Origin: Candidatus Woesearchaeota archaeon
GTDB lineage: Archaea > Nanobdellota > Nanobdellia > Pacearchaeales > GW2011-AR1
Assembly: GCA_964362915.1 (NCBI GenBank)
Contig: CAYIGH010000002.1
Coordinates: 16,757-73,623, forward strand
DNA: 56,867 nt
Reading direction: 5' to 3'
This document shows, piece after piece, positions 1-8,146 of this stretch (position 1 is the stretch's first letter; each line of letters starts with the position of its first letter). Position numbers and translations under genes: made by a program. The notes below the pieces were generated by a model, which had not been told where the DNA came from, ran no database searches, and saw nothing but the letters and a program-made list of their open reading frames with translations.

Positions 1-468
1 TTGTGAAGGCCCTATTCCAGGAGCACTGCAGCAAATTAAATAATTATAGTCTGTTCCACTAGCAAGCTCCAGATGAGCATTAGTTTGAGAAGACAATCTA
101 ACAACAACTCTTTCATTTGCAGCGCAAGATGTATCTAAACGGCAGTTCAAATTACCATAGCAAACTTCTTCTGCATAATTTGTTCCTTGAGGGTCTTCTG
201 CATGTGCATTAGTAACTCCAGAAAGCCGCAATACTCTATTATTGCCATTGCAAATGTTATTCCCATTGCCATTCTGTCCAAAAATATCATCATAGCATAT
301 CTTTACATTATAACTGCCTTGATTAAAAAGTTGAGCATGCGCATTCGTAGAAGAACCCAACTGCAAAATAACTTGATCAATTGCACAATGATTAGTAGCG
401 CTGGCCAAACTAGTAAAAACACCTAAAAACACCAGAATAAATAATGTTATAATAATCCTCTTTTTCAT
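1..468 (-). CDS. Secreted Cys-containing repeat protein, partial (continues past window start)
   Basis: Minus-strand frame is open from ATG at 468 to position 1. N-terminus MKKRIIITLFILVFLGVFTSLASA looks like a signal peptide. Three repeats carry TNAH(A/L)(Q/E). The track ORF 187-426(+) is the antisense shadow. Confidence 0.6.
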   Translation of the reverse strand, partial: MKKRIIITLFILVFLGVFTSLASATNHCAIDQVILQLGSSTNAHAQLFNQGSYNVKICYDDIFGQNGNGNNICNGNNRVLRLSGVTNAHAEDPQGTNYAEEVCYGNLNCRLDTSCAANERVVVRLSSQTNAHLELASGTDYNYLICCSAPGIGPSQ

Positions 469-508
469 TTTATTAAAAGTAAACAGAACTTTATAAAGAT
501 TTGCGACT

Positions 509-940
509 CTATTTTTCCCATATATAAATCCTCACTGTTTTAGGATTAAACACTGTTAAGCTTGCGCTAACTACTCTTTCAGCAGAATAAACAGACGCAG
601 TTAAATCAGAAGGATAGCCCCTTATATCATTGCATATTTTATCATTCATATCACATATAGTTGTATTATGGTTAAGATTAGCATTTGGCAATTTTTCTTT
701 TAATACAGCTATTATCAAATCTTCAGCTTCCCTGTTAGCAGAATCATCACTCAATATTTTCTCTCTTATTGTCTCATTTTTTGCTATTTCTTGAAGAATA
801 GGGAGAAGCTTTTCTCGTATATCATTTTTTTCTATTATTTCTTGTTTGTTTATCAAAAGCAATATCGCTCCTGCCAAGATTAAAATAGCAGTTACAGATT
901 CAATTACTCTCCATATCCCGCTCTTATTCATTTTCACCAT
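509..940 (-). CDS. Pilin-like protein with class III (prepilin-type) signal peptide-like N-terminus
   Basis: N-term MNKSGIWRVIESVTAILILAGAILLL: short charged leader, Gly, then a hydrophobic helix with Glu near +5/+6. Overlaps the upstream pilin-like gene by 7 nt. Confidence 0.5.
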   Translation of the reverse strand: MVKMNKSGIWRVIESVTAILILAGAILLLINKQEIIEKNDIREKLLPILQEIAKNETIREKILSDDSANREAEDLIIAVLKEKLPNANLNHNTTICDMNDKICNDIRGYPSDLTASVYSAERVVSASLTVFNPKTVRIYIWEK

Positions 941-1716
941 ACCCTCACAATAAAATCTGCAAAGACAATCTTCCCCATTTTATCAGGACTTATATTTCGC
1001 AGAACTTCAATTCTTTTACTGCTGGAAAAAACAGCAATTCCTTTAGGAATGCTTATATTAGGCTCTATTTTATCTATGTTATCAAATAATATTCCAAATC
1101 CAAAATTAACCCTATTTGGAAGATTAAAAGACTGCTTAAGTCTTTGATAATCATCGCCGCTTCTCTCATAAATGTTCTTTAATTCAACAATTCTTTTTTC
1201 AGACACAACTTTAATTTTATTGGATGTTCCTATTTCATATAGCTCTTCTCCATTTGCAGGAACCAAAACATTACCATCTAATAGAGAGGGATTAGAATAA
1301 GGATCAATATCTTCTGAAAATTTTATAAGAGCAAATCCTTCATCCCCTTCAAATCCATACAAACTATCTTCTAATTTAATTCTTATTATGTTTGGATTGT
1401 TTAATTCTCTTCTAGAAGGTACATTCTCGCCAAGATAGTTCTCAACCCGTGCATTCTTGTTAACATCCACATCTCTAACCTCAATCTCCAAAACTTTTCC
1501 TATCTCGCTTCTGGTTTGAGGATTAAGCTTTATAGAATAGCTTTCTAAATCAACACTGGCATTCTTGCTAATCTCAGTTATAGCATATGCTAAAGAGGAT
1601 TCTATCAATCTAGATCCTTCAAAAGGACTAAAAAAATAAAGTGCAAATATAACAAATCCTATAAATATCAAAAAAGATAGTATAACCTCAATATGGCTTA
1701 TTCCCTCTTTATTCAT
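934..1716 (-). CDS. Pilin-like protein with class III signal peptide
   Basis: N-term MNKEG/ISHIEVILSFLIFIGFVIF has Glu at +5 after the Gly. Operonic with 509-940. Confidence 0.55.
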   Translation of the reverse strand: MNKEGISHIEVILSFLIFIGFVIFALYFFSPFEGSRLIESSLAYAITEISKNASVDLESYSIKLNPQTRSEIGKVLEIEVRDVDVNKNARVENYLGENVPSRRELNNPNIIRIKLEDSLYGFEGDEGFALIKFSEDIDPYSNPSLLDGNVLVPANGEELYEIGTSNKIKVVSEKRIVELKNIYERSGDDYQRLKQSFNLPNRVNFGFGILFDNIDKIEPNISIPKGIAVFSSSKRIEVLRNISPDKMGKIVFADFIVRVW

Positions 1717-1766
1717 GACTCAAAATAAACTTATAGATTTATATAACTTATCCTATTATTCCTTTT

Positions 1767-2540
1767 ATGAGCAATGCTAAAACAGAGCTTATAGAAAAAA
1801 TAAAAGAGAAAAAAGAGCTTTCCGGTTTAACCAATTCATTAATATCAGATATGCTGGAATCTTATTTAGAAAAATATAAGATTAACTTGGAGAATCTAAA
1901 AAATTCAGAAGCAAAAATAATTGTTAAAGATATCCGAAGAAGTCTAAGGGACATTGTTGGAAGATTTCAGAAGTCTATAAAAAAAAGAACGAATCTTTTA
2001 GAAATAGGAGATATCGAGACACTGTTAAAATCCCATTCTTCAACCTCAGAAAGATTAAGTTTTTATCCAAAATTAAAAAAATTAATTGATAAATTAAATG
2101 TAAAATCCATCTTAGATCTAGGTTGCGGTTTAAATCCAATCGCTTTAGCAGATAAAAATTTAGTTTATTATGCTGCAGACGTAAAAGAAGACGATTTAGA
2201 ATTAGTAAAGAGATTTTTTGAAAAGAATAATTTTCAAGGAAGAGTTTTTGTCTATAATTTAAGAAAAATCTCCAATGATTTGCCAAATGCAGATTTATGT
2301 ATTATCTTCAAAGTTTTGGATGTATTAGAAAAAAAACAGCACGGATTAGCAGAAAAAATCCTGAATTCTGCCAATTGCAAATATTTTCTAATAAGCTTTG
2401 CAACTAAAACCTTGTCCAGCAAGCCAATGAAATTTCCCGGAAGAAACTGGCTGGAGTCTATTTTAAAAAAATTCAATTACAAATATAAAATATTTAGCTC
2501 AGATAACGAAATATTCTATTTAATTAAAAAATCGAAATAA
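1767..2540 (+). CDS. SAM-dependent methyltransferase resembling the 16S rRNA (guanine1405-N7) ArmA/Rmt/FmrO family
   Basis: 257 aa. SAM motif ILDLGCGLNPIAL, then FKVLDVLEKKQ and ISFATKTLSSKPMKF. As recalled from ArmA/RmtB-type enzymes, these match in motif order, spacing and overall length. Confidence 0.6.
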   Translation: MSNAKTELIEKIKEKKELSGLTNSLISDMLESYLEKYKINLENLKNSEAKIIVKDIRRSLRDIVGRFQKSIKKRTNLLEIGDIETLLKSHSSTSERLSFYPKLKKLIDKLNVKSILDLGCGLNPIALADKNLVYYAADVKEDDLELVKRFFEKNNFQGRVFVYNLRKISNDLPNADLCIIFKVLDVLEKKQHGLAEKILNSANCKYFLISFATKTLSSKPMKFPGRNWLESILKKFNYKYKIFSSDNEIFYLIKKSK

Positions 2541-2550
2541 ATTTCAGTCT

Positions 2551-2587
2551 CAATTAATAGTGAAAAATCATCTGCAAAGCTTAAATA
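2551..2587 (+). promoter_or_regulatory. 37-nt promoter-like motif, copy 1 (ends in TATA-like TTAAATA)
   Basis: caattaatagtgaaaaatcatctgcaaagcttaaata is 32/37 identical to 20859-20895. Confidence 0.4.
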
Positions 2588-2609
2588 ATTCATAGTATAT
2601 AATCTATAA

Positions 2610-2637
2610 AGGGTTAGCCTTTTTAGGTGCTAACCCT
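2610..2637. repeat. Perfect 9-bp stem / 10-nt loop hairpin upstream of the IS91-type transposase (candidate IS end structure)
   Basis: agggttagc-ctttttaggt-gctaaccct. It lies about 25 nt downstream of the TATA-like box at 2580-2587. Confidence 0.5.
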
Positions 2638-2789
2638 ATGTTGTTTTTATTCACGAAACAACACTAAGAATTAAAAAAGAGAAAGAAGATAAACCTTTTC
2701 TATCAGTAAAACAAGTCTTTGAATATCATTGGTTTAACTATAAACTGAATAATAATCCAAGAAAGATAGAAATAGAAGAAGTTGAAAAG

Positions 2790-3788
2790 ATGCTTTCATG
2801 CAAAAAGAAGGCTTTTATTTGTTATTGTAAGAAATGCAATGATTATGAAATTGTAAAGCCAGGATGCAATTCCAGGCTTTGTTCTAATTGCGGTAAGAGA
2901 TATACTGATCAGTGGGCGGATAGATTAGTAGATAAAATAGCCAGGAATATTGTTCATAGGCATTTTACCTTTAGTTTACCGATAGAACTGAGAGAACCAA
3001 TAAAGCAGAATCGATATTTGCAGAAAGTTATTTCTGATTCTGCTTATGAAACAATAAAGAAAATGTTTTCTAATTCTTTGAAGAGAGATGTTATTCCTGG
3101 AGTTATTGGAGTTGTTCATCCTTTTGGAAAATCATTGATATTCAATCCACATGTTCATTGTATTGTTACAGAAGGAGGCTATGATAATCAAGGAAAGTTT
3201 ATTTCTCTAGGAAAATACCTTTCTTATGATGCTTTTCATAAGAAATGGCAGTATGAAGTTTTAACTTCATTGAAGAAATATCTTCCTAAGGAATTTATCG
3301 ATTTTCTCTTTGATAAATATCCTAATGGATTTGCTGCTTATTTAAAGCCAGAAAGAATATTATCTTCTAAAAAGTTAGCACAGTATATTGGAAGATATGT
3401 AAGACATCCAGCGATAGCAAATTCAAGAATAACTGCTTACAATGGAGAAGCAGTAAAATTCTATTACAAGGATCATCAAGAACGAATCCACTATAAGATA
3501 ATGTTAGCTGATGATTTTATCTCAGCTATTATTCAGCATATTCCTGACAAGAATTTCAGATTGGTGAGATATTATGGAGCATACGCAAGAAGAAAAAAGA
3601 ATATTATTAAACAGTCAATTATAAGGCAGAAAATGTTGATAGAATTTGATAATAAAAGAGTATTTCATTGCTCAAAGTGCAATGAAATAATGGAAATTGT
3701 TTTGTTTTGTGATAAACCTCCCCCTAAAGATATGTCGAAGATAAGCAATTGGATAGAAATGAATATGAAGAACTATTTGGAGCTATGA
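2790..3788 (+). CDS. IS91-family (HUH Y2, rolling-circle) transposase
   Basis: Zn-binding N-term CKKCNDYEIVKPGCNSRLCSNCG. HUH-like region VHPFGKSLIFNPHVHCIVTEGG. RYVRHPAIANSRI and C-terminal RLVRYYGAYARR (Tyr motif). The frame is open and family-like back to 2634, with no ATG/GTG/TTG there. Confidence 0.85.
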   Translation: MLSCKKKAFICYCKKCNDYEIVKPGCNSRLCSNCGKRYTDQWADRLVDKIARNIVHRHFTFSLPIELREPIKQNRYLQKVISDSAYETIKKMFSNSLKRDVIPGVIGVVHPFGKSLIFNPHVHCIVTEGGYDNQGKFISLGKYLSYDAFHKKWQYEVLTSLKKYLPKEFIDFLFDKYPNGFAAYLKPERILSSKKLAQYIGRYVRHPAIANSRITAYNGEAVKFYYKDHQERIHYKIMLADDFISAIIQHIPDKNFRLVRYYGAYARRKKNIIKQSIIRQKMLIEFDNKRVFHCSKCNEIMEIVLFCDKPPPKDMSKISNWIEMNMKNYLEL

Positions 3789-4193
3789 GCGAAGCGAATT
3801 AACTTGTTCCAAATCTTCTCTTTTTGTGGATGCAACTTCCCATTCCTCCCAACCATTTTCATCAATAATAACTGGTTTAAGAAAAATTAATCGTGGATTG
3901 TATGCAATTCTAACGGCCTCAGCTCTTAGATTGGTCTTATGCTCTGAATAAACAGCTATAAAAAAATCATTGTTCCATTCCAAGTTTACTACTTTTTTAT
4001 CTTTTTTTAGGTCAAGGAAAAAATTTCTTTTTTGTTTTTCTTCTCCTTGAATTATTCCAGAAGCTATGAAATAGAGTTTGCCTTTTTCTTCATAGTGGTT
4101 TTGAGAATAGAAATATAATTTAACCTTATATTTCGCAGTACGTTCATTATAGATATTCCATTTTTCTCTAACTTTAATTTTTAATGTCCACAT
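3783..4193 (-). CDS. Hypothetical protein (136 aa)
   Basis: Intact ORF convergent with the transposase, overlapping it by 6 nt. No recognisable motifs. Its upstream region shares a repeat with the upstream region of the relE-like gene. Confidence 0.45.
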   Translation of the reverse strand: MWTLKIKVREKWNIYNERTAKYKVKLYFYSQNHYEEKGKLYFIASGIIQGEEKQKRNFFLDLKKDKKVVNLEWNNDFFIAVYSEHKTNLRAEAVRIAYNPRLIFLKPVIIDENGWEEWEVASTKREDLEQVNSLRS

Positions 4194-4223
4194 ACTAAAT
4201 ATAGGAATATTCCGATATTTAAA

Positions 4224-4280
4224 ACTTCTTCTTTTTTAGAAAAAAAGAAGCAAATCTCGCTCACCGAAAGTTATAAAAAC
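4224..4280. repeat. Imperfect direct repeat copy A, containing palindrome cttctttttt-ag-aaaaaagaag
   Basis: acttcttcttttttagaaaaaaagaagcaaatctcgctcaccgaaag aligns with 4797-4866. Confidence 0.45.
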
Positions 4281-4291
4281 TTGAAAGATAT

Positions 4292-4456
4292 ATGATCTCT
4301 ATGGAAATGATAAGCATACGAAAAGACGAATACGAAAGAATGAAAGCACAAGTAGCAATGCTCAGAGAGTTGGAAAAGATTGATTTTGACTTATTAAGGC
4401 AGTTCAAACAAAGTTTAGAAGATGTAAAGGCAGGCAGAATAAGAAGAGTTGCTTAA
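4292..4456 (+). CDS. Small antitoxin-like protein (54 aa)
   Basis: MISMEMISIRKDEYERMKAQVAMLRELEKIDFDLLRQFKQSLEDVKAGRIRRVA. The helical ...SLEDVKAGR... tail is typical of small antitoxins paired with RelE-type toxins. Too short for the ORF track. Its 3' end overlaps the toxin 3' end by 4 nt. Confidence 0.45.
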   Translation: MISMEMISIRKDEYERMKAQVAMLRELEKIDFDLLRQFKQSLEDVKAGRIRRVA

Positions 4457-4770
4457 TTATGCCCTATTAGTCTTTCTAAATATATTCTATATTCATCAAA
4501 ATAATCAATAATGTGGTTGATAGTTGCTTGTTGGTCTTTTTTGCCACTTATTGCAACAATGAGGACTGATTGTAAATCATCATAAACTAAAAAATAAACT
4601 CTCTTTTCTCTAAGTCGTTTTTCCCTTAAATTTCTATATCTCAATTGGTCACTTGTATAGGGATTATCCCTAATTTTAAGAAACATTTTTTGGATGATTT
4701 CTTGATCGTCTTTTGGTAATTTCTCAATCTCTTTGTCAAAACTTTCAGTTGTATAAACACTATAAGCCAT
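4453..4770 (-). CDS. RelE/ParE-family type II toxin
   Basis: MAYSVYTTESFDKEIEKLPKDDQEIIQKMFLKIRDNPY...REKRLREKRVYFLVYDD..VLIVAISGKKDQ follows the RelE-like pattern. Confidence 0.75.
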   Translation of the reverse strand: MAYSVYTTESFDKEIEKLPKDDQEIIQKMFLKIRDNPYTSDQLRYRNLREKRLREKRVYFLVYDDLQSVLIVAISGKKDQQATINHIIDYFDEYRIYLERLIGHN

Positions 4771-4796
4771 AATTCTAAAAAGAAAATGAACATTAA

Positions 4797-4866
4797 AAAC
4801 TCTTCTTTTAGAAAAAAAGGAACAAAAAAACGAGCGGGCAATCTCTCACGATACTGATAGAAAGCT
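4797..4866. repeat. Imperfect direct repeat copy B
   Basis: aaactcttcttttagaaaaaaaggaacaaaaaaacgagcgggcaatctctcacgat aligns with copy A, with a roughly 13-nt insertion. Confidence 0.45.
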
Positions 4867-5044
4867 GTTGCTTTCCCACCACCAAGGTTTTTGGCTACTT
4901 CTCCGATTTTTAATAAAAATCTCGACTGCTCCAAGTGTTCGCAGGGACTTAACAAGGGTTAAAAGATTCCAGCTTCGCTCTACCGCTCGCTTCCATCCAA
5001 ATTTTTCTCTTAATTTACAAAATCAAGTTTGGAGAAAAACTTCT

Positions 5045-5845
5045 TTTACCCCCAACGTTAAAGTGCTTAATTCTAGTAATGATGGTCTTATCATAGACAT
5101 TGGTGATGCAATTGATTGGTGTAGAATTAATGCTAGTGCAGATGTTATTAGCATCAGCATTGGAGATAAACAAAATCATCCAGGAGCATCTGCTTGTCCA
5201 ACATTAATAGATAATAGTATAAACGATGCTTATAATGTAAATATTCCAATTATTGTGGCATCTGGAAATGAGCAATATATCACTGGAATGAATTATCCTG
5301 CATGTTCTCCCAATGTTATTTCTGTTGGTGCGACAACAAAATCAGATGATATTGCAACATTTACGAATCGTCCAGTAGATTTAGATTTACTTGCGCCGGG
5401 ACAATCGATTATCTCAACAAGATGGAAAGCTAACCAACTAACTCAGGGTTGTACAGCATTAAATAACGAATTTATGATTTGTTCTGGAACTTCGCAAGCA
5501 GCTCCTCACGTTGCAGGTGCAGTCGCCTTGCTTTTGGAACGAGAGCCTAGTTTAACTCCCGCCCAAATTAGACAGAAGTTAAGAGATACAGCTAAAAATA
5601 TAAGTTCGTGGAAAAGAATTGATGTTTTAGAAGCAATCAATAGTTTATGCACATGCACGGCATGGAGCGCTGGAAGCTGCGGGGCAGCTGGTGGATGCTC
5701 AACTAACGAGAGGAAATATACGAGAACATGCAGTCCTTCTGCATGTGATGTTGAATCAGAATGTAGGCCTGATTTAAGTTGTTCGCCTTCTGGTAGTTCT
5801 GGAGCAGAGATTACTGTATGCGCAGCGGATGTAATTATACTGTAA
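5045..5845 (+). pseudogene. Subtilisin-like (S8) serine protease, 5'-truncated
   Basis: Has the ASGN oxyanion region and the catalytic Ser motif SGTSQAAPHVAG, but no Asp (DTG) or His (HGTH) motif and no signal peptide. Homology starts near ..TPNVKVLNSSNDG. The track ORF upstream (4868-5044) is non-homologous read-in. Confidence 0.7.
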
Positions 5846-7272
5846 TACAAACTGCTGTAAGAAATTCTAAAGCCAGTGATAAAATTATAGTAAATGATAG
5901 TGCAACTTACAATGAAAATATTGTTATGAATGCGACTACTGCTTTTTCATTAGAATGTAGAAAAGGAGCAAAAATTAGCGGTTCTACTGGCAAAGGAATT
6001 TTTCTTAATAGGGTTGATGGGCCCCATGTTTCTGGATGTCGGATAGACGGATATATTTATGGGATTTATATCAATTCGAGCTATGGAGTAATTCAAAATA
6101 ATACTCTATTTAATAATGGCGAGGGCATTTATTTGGATATGAATGTTGTTGATAATGATATATTAGAAAATATTATAAATAGTAGTAGTAATTATGGAAT
6201 TAGATTTTTTACAACTAGCTGGGCCAATAGCGGCATAGCAAATAATATTGAAGGAAACACACTAAAGAATAATTTTGAAAAAGGAATTTGGGTTGATTAT
6301 GGATTGAGAAATATCCTTAAGGGAAATAATATCTCTGGGAGCACCCATCCTGATGCTTATGGGATTCATATTCAGGGGCATAATACGAATGCCGACTTTA
6401 CAACTACTAATAGCAATACAATTTTTAATAATCCTCTTGGATTTTTTATTGACGACTCTAATAATAACAATGCTAATAATAATGTTTTTTGCCCTTCAAA
6501 CACGAATTATGATATAGATGTTTTTTCTAGTAGCGGGGTAAGCGGAGATAATAATAGATGTGAAAAACCTGGAAGTTGGAATGATGCGGGAACAATTGGA
6601 TGTAGTTTCTTTTGTGACAATCCTCCAAATGTAATTCTACTTGATCCATTGGATAATTCAGTTGATGGAAATGGAAATGTTGATTTTGTATGCTATGCAG
6701 AAGATAATTATAAATTAGTTAACATAACGTTATATCATAACATTAGTGGAACATGGCAGGCGAATCAAACGAAAAGTATTAGTGGAACTACTAATATTTC
6801 TACATTTTCCATAAATAACATTCCTGACGGAAAAGTTTTTGGCTGGAATTGCTTTGCTTCTGATAATATGTCCAGAGCAAGTTTTGCCCCTAATAATTTT
6901 AGTATTAATATAAGTATTATTCCAAACGATACTCATAAATTCTTAATAAAAAACGTTTTTGGAACAAATATAGCATGGTTTGGCAACTTAGGCAATGTTG
7001 TTTTGAAAGGGGGATGTGTCGCGCAATCTGCATGCACAGCATCTTCTAATTCATTTATTATTGCTAATAATAGTGATAGCACAGTTGCCTATATTAATTC
7101 AACTGGAGATTTATGTGTTGAGAGGGGAGATTGTACTGATTTATCTGCAAGTTGCAATCCAACAAGGAATGCATTTATTATTAAAGATTCTTCTGATAAG
7201 AATGTCAGTTATATTGACTTCAATGGAGATTTATGCTTAACAGGGAGATTATATCAAAATTCAAATCCATAA
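5818..7272 (+). CDS. Right-handed beta-helix (PbH1/NosD-like) repeat surface protein, probably once fused to the upstream S8 ORF
   Basis: GCNYTVIQTAV..SDKIIV..TYNENI start is typical of beta-helix domains. Repeated G(I/Y)(Y/F)L..S..N.I..N units follow. C-terminal triplicated F(I/L)I(K/A)..S...V(A/S)YI...GDLC motif. No signal peptide of its own. Confidence 0.65.
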   Translation: MRSGCNYTVIQTAVRNSKASDKIIVNDSATYNENIVMNATTAFSLECRKGAKISGSTGKGIFLNRVDGPHVSGCRIDGYIYGIYINSSYGVIQNNTLFNNGEGIYLDMNVVDNDILENIINSSSNYGIRFFTTSWANSGIANNIEGNTLKNNFEKGIWVDYGLRNILKGNNISGSTHPDAYGIHIQGHNTNADFTTTNSNTIFNNPLGFFIDDSNNNNANNNVFCPSNTNYDIDVFSSSGVSGDNNRCEKPGSWNDAGTIGCSFFCDNPPNVILLDPLDNSVDGNGNVDFVCYAEDNYKLVNITLYHNISGTWQANQTKSISGTTNISTFSINNIPDGKVFGWNCFASDNMSRASFAPNNFSINISIIPNDTHKFLIKNVFGTNIAWFGNLGNVVLKGGCVAQSACTASSNSFIIANNSDSTVAYINSTGDLCVERGDCTDLSASCNPTRNAFIIKDSSDKNVSYIDFNGDLCLTGRLYQNSNP

Positions 7273-7357
7273 ATTTAAAAAGATAAAATATCATATAAAT
7301 AAAGGAATAAAAAAGATAGGATCTTGGCTTTTGGAGTTACCAAAAAATAAATTCTTT

Positions 7358-7939
7358 ATGTTATCTCTTATTTTTATTGTGACTTCATTAATTGTTGTTT
7401 TTGCAGGAAATGTTATTGTTAAAGAAGGAGAACTTACAGCTGAATCTTCAGTGAATATAAAAGGTGATTTGACAGTAGAAAACAGTTCTAGCCACTCTTA
7501 TGATATTATTCTTAAGAACAATAATAGCGATTCTGGTAACATAAGATTACAACAGAATAAGAACTTTCGTTTTTTCACACCAAAATCATTTGAAATATCC
7601 TCTACCGACACGACAACTTCTTCTATAACTGGGAGCTTTTATAAGAATTCTAATACTAATAGAACAGGAGACACAAAACTAAGGGTTTATGGTGATGGTA
7701 CTGGAAACGAATACCTCGAGGTATATCATGATGGTTTTGATGGAAGAATAGAAAGTGCGAGTGGAGACCTGCAGATAAGTGCAAACTCTAGTAAAGTAGG
7801 TATTGGAGTAACAAACCCAAGCACAGAATTAGAAGTTGCAGGGAATGTTACTATAACTAATTTAGCAGGCAGTGGCAATGCTTATGTATGTGTTAATTCT
7901 AACGGAAAATTGTATAGAAGTTCTAGTGCGTGCATATAA
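7358..7939 (+). CDS. Secreted/anchored protein with tail-fibre-like C-terminal motif
   Basis: N-term MLSLIFIVTSLIVVFAG hydrophobic segment. C-term VGIGVTNPSTELEVAGNVTI motif. The track start 7331 is TTG; the ATG at 7358 is preferred. Confidence 0.55.
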   Translation: MLSLIFIVTSLIVVFAGNVIVKEGELTAESSVNIKGDLTVENSSSHSYDIILKNNNSDSGNIRLQQNKNFRFFTPKSFEISSTDTTTSSITGSFYKNSNTNRTGDTKLRVYGDGTGNEYLEVYHDGFDGRIESASGDLQISANSSKVGIGVTNPSTELEVAGNVTITNLAGSGNAYVCVNSNGKLYRSSSACI

Positions 7940-8146
7940 ATACCATATTAATTATAGCGATCTTTATTCTGAAAAAAATATCCTATGCTCTTGCCACAAG
8001 AATAAAGCTAAAACCATATTATGCTTCTTGTTAGAGAAGTCAGACTTCGCGCGTCTTACTTTTTCCCTTGGTTATGGCAGGGTAATTTTAGTTTCTGGCG
8101 AAGCCACTATGAAAGATTAAAAGAATTCTAAACCAAAGAAAATAAT

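Larger units (their letters stand above)
2610..3810 (+). mobile_element. IS91-like element, approximate extent (ends not defined)
   Basis: Transposase plus the upstream hairpin. CTTG/GTTC tetranucleotides (the IS91 target type) lie at 3803-3809, just after the stop. Boundaries are inferred only. Confidence 0.35.

Noticed and set aside
187-426. Track ORF on the plus strand (79 aa).
   Set aside because: The minus strand carries a longer open frame (1-468) with a signal peptide and internal repeats. The plus-strand ORF is its antisense shadow.
4224-4866. Possibility that the repeat-bracketed TA pair is an integron-type gene cassette with attC-like sites.
   Set aside because: There is no integron integrase in the window, and only two repeat copies. 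The repeats lack the R''/L''-L'/R' organisation and look more like a shared promoter/terminator palindrome.
4868-5044. The N-terminal 59 codons of track ORF 4868-5845.
   Set aside because: There is no similarity to subtilase pro-, Asp or His regions, and it overlaps TA repeat B. It is interpreted as fortuitous read-in upstream of a truncated gene.
7872-8120. Track ORF (82 aa) in the gap between the secreted protein and the platform gene.
   Set aside because: It overlaps the 3' end of 7358-7939 in another frame and has no motifs. The region more plausibly holds a hairpin and T-run (8037-8065) between convergent genes.
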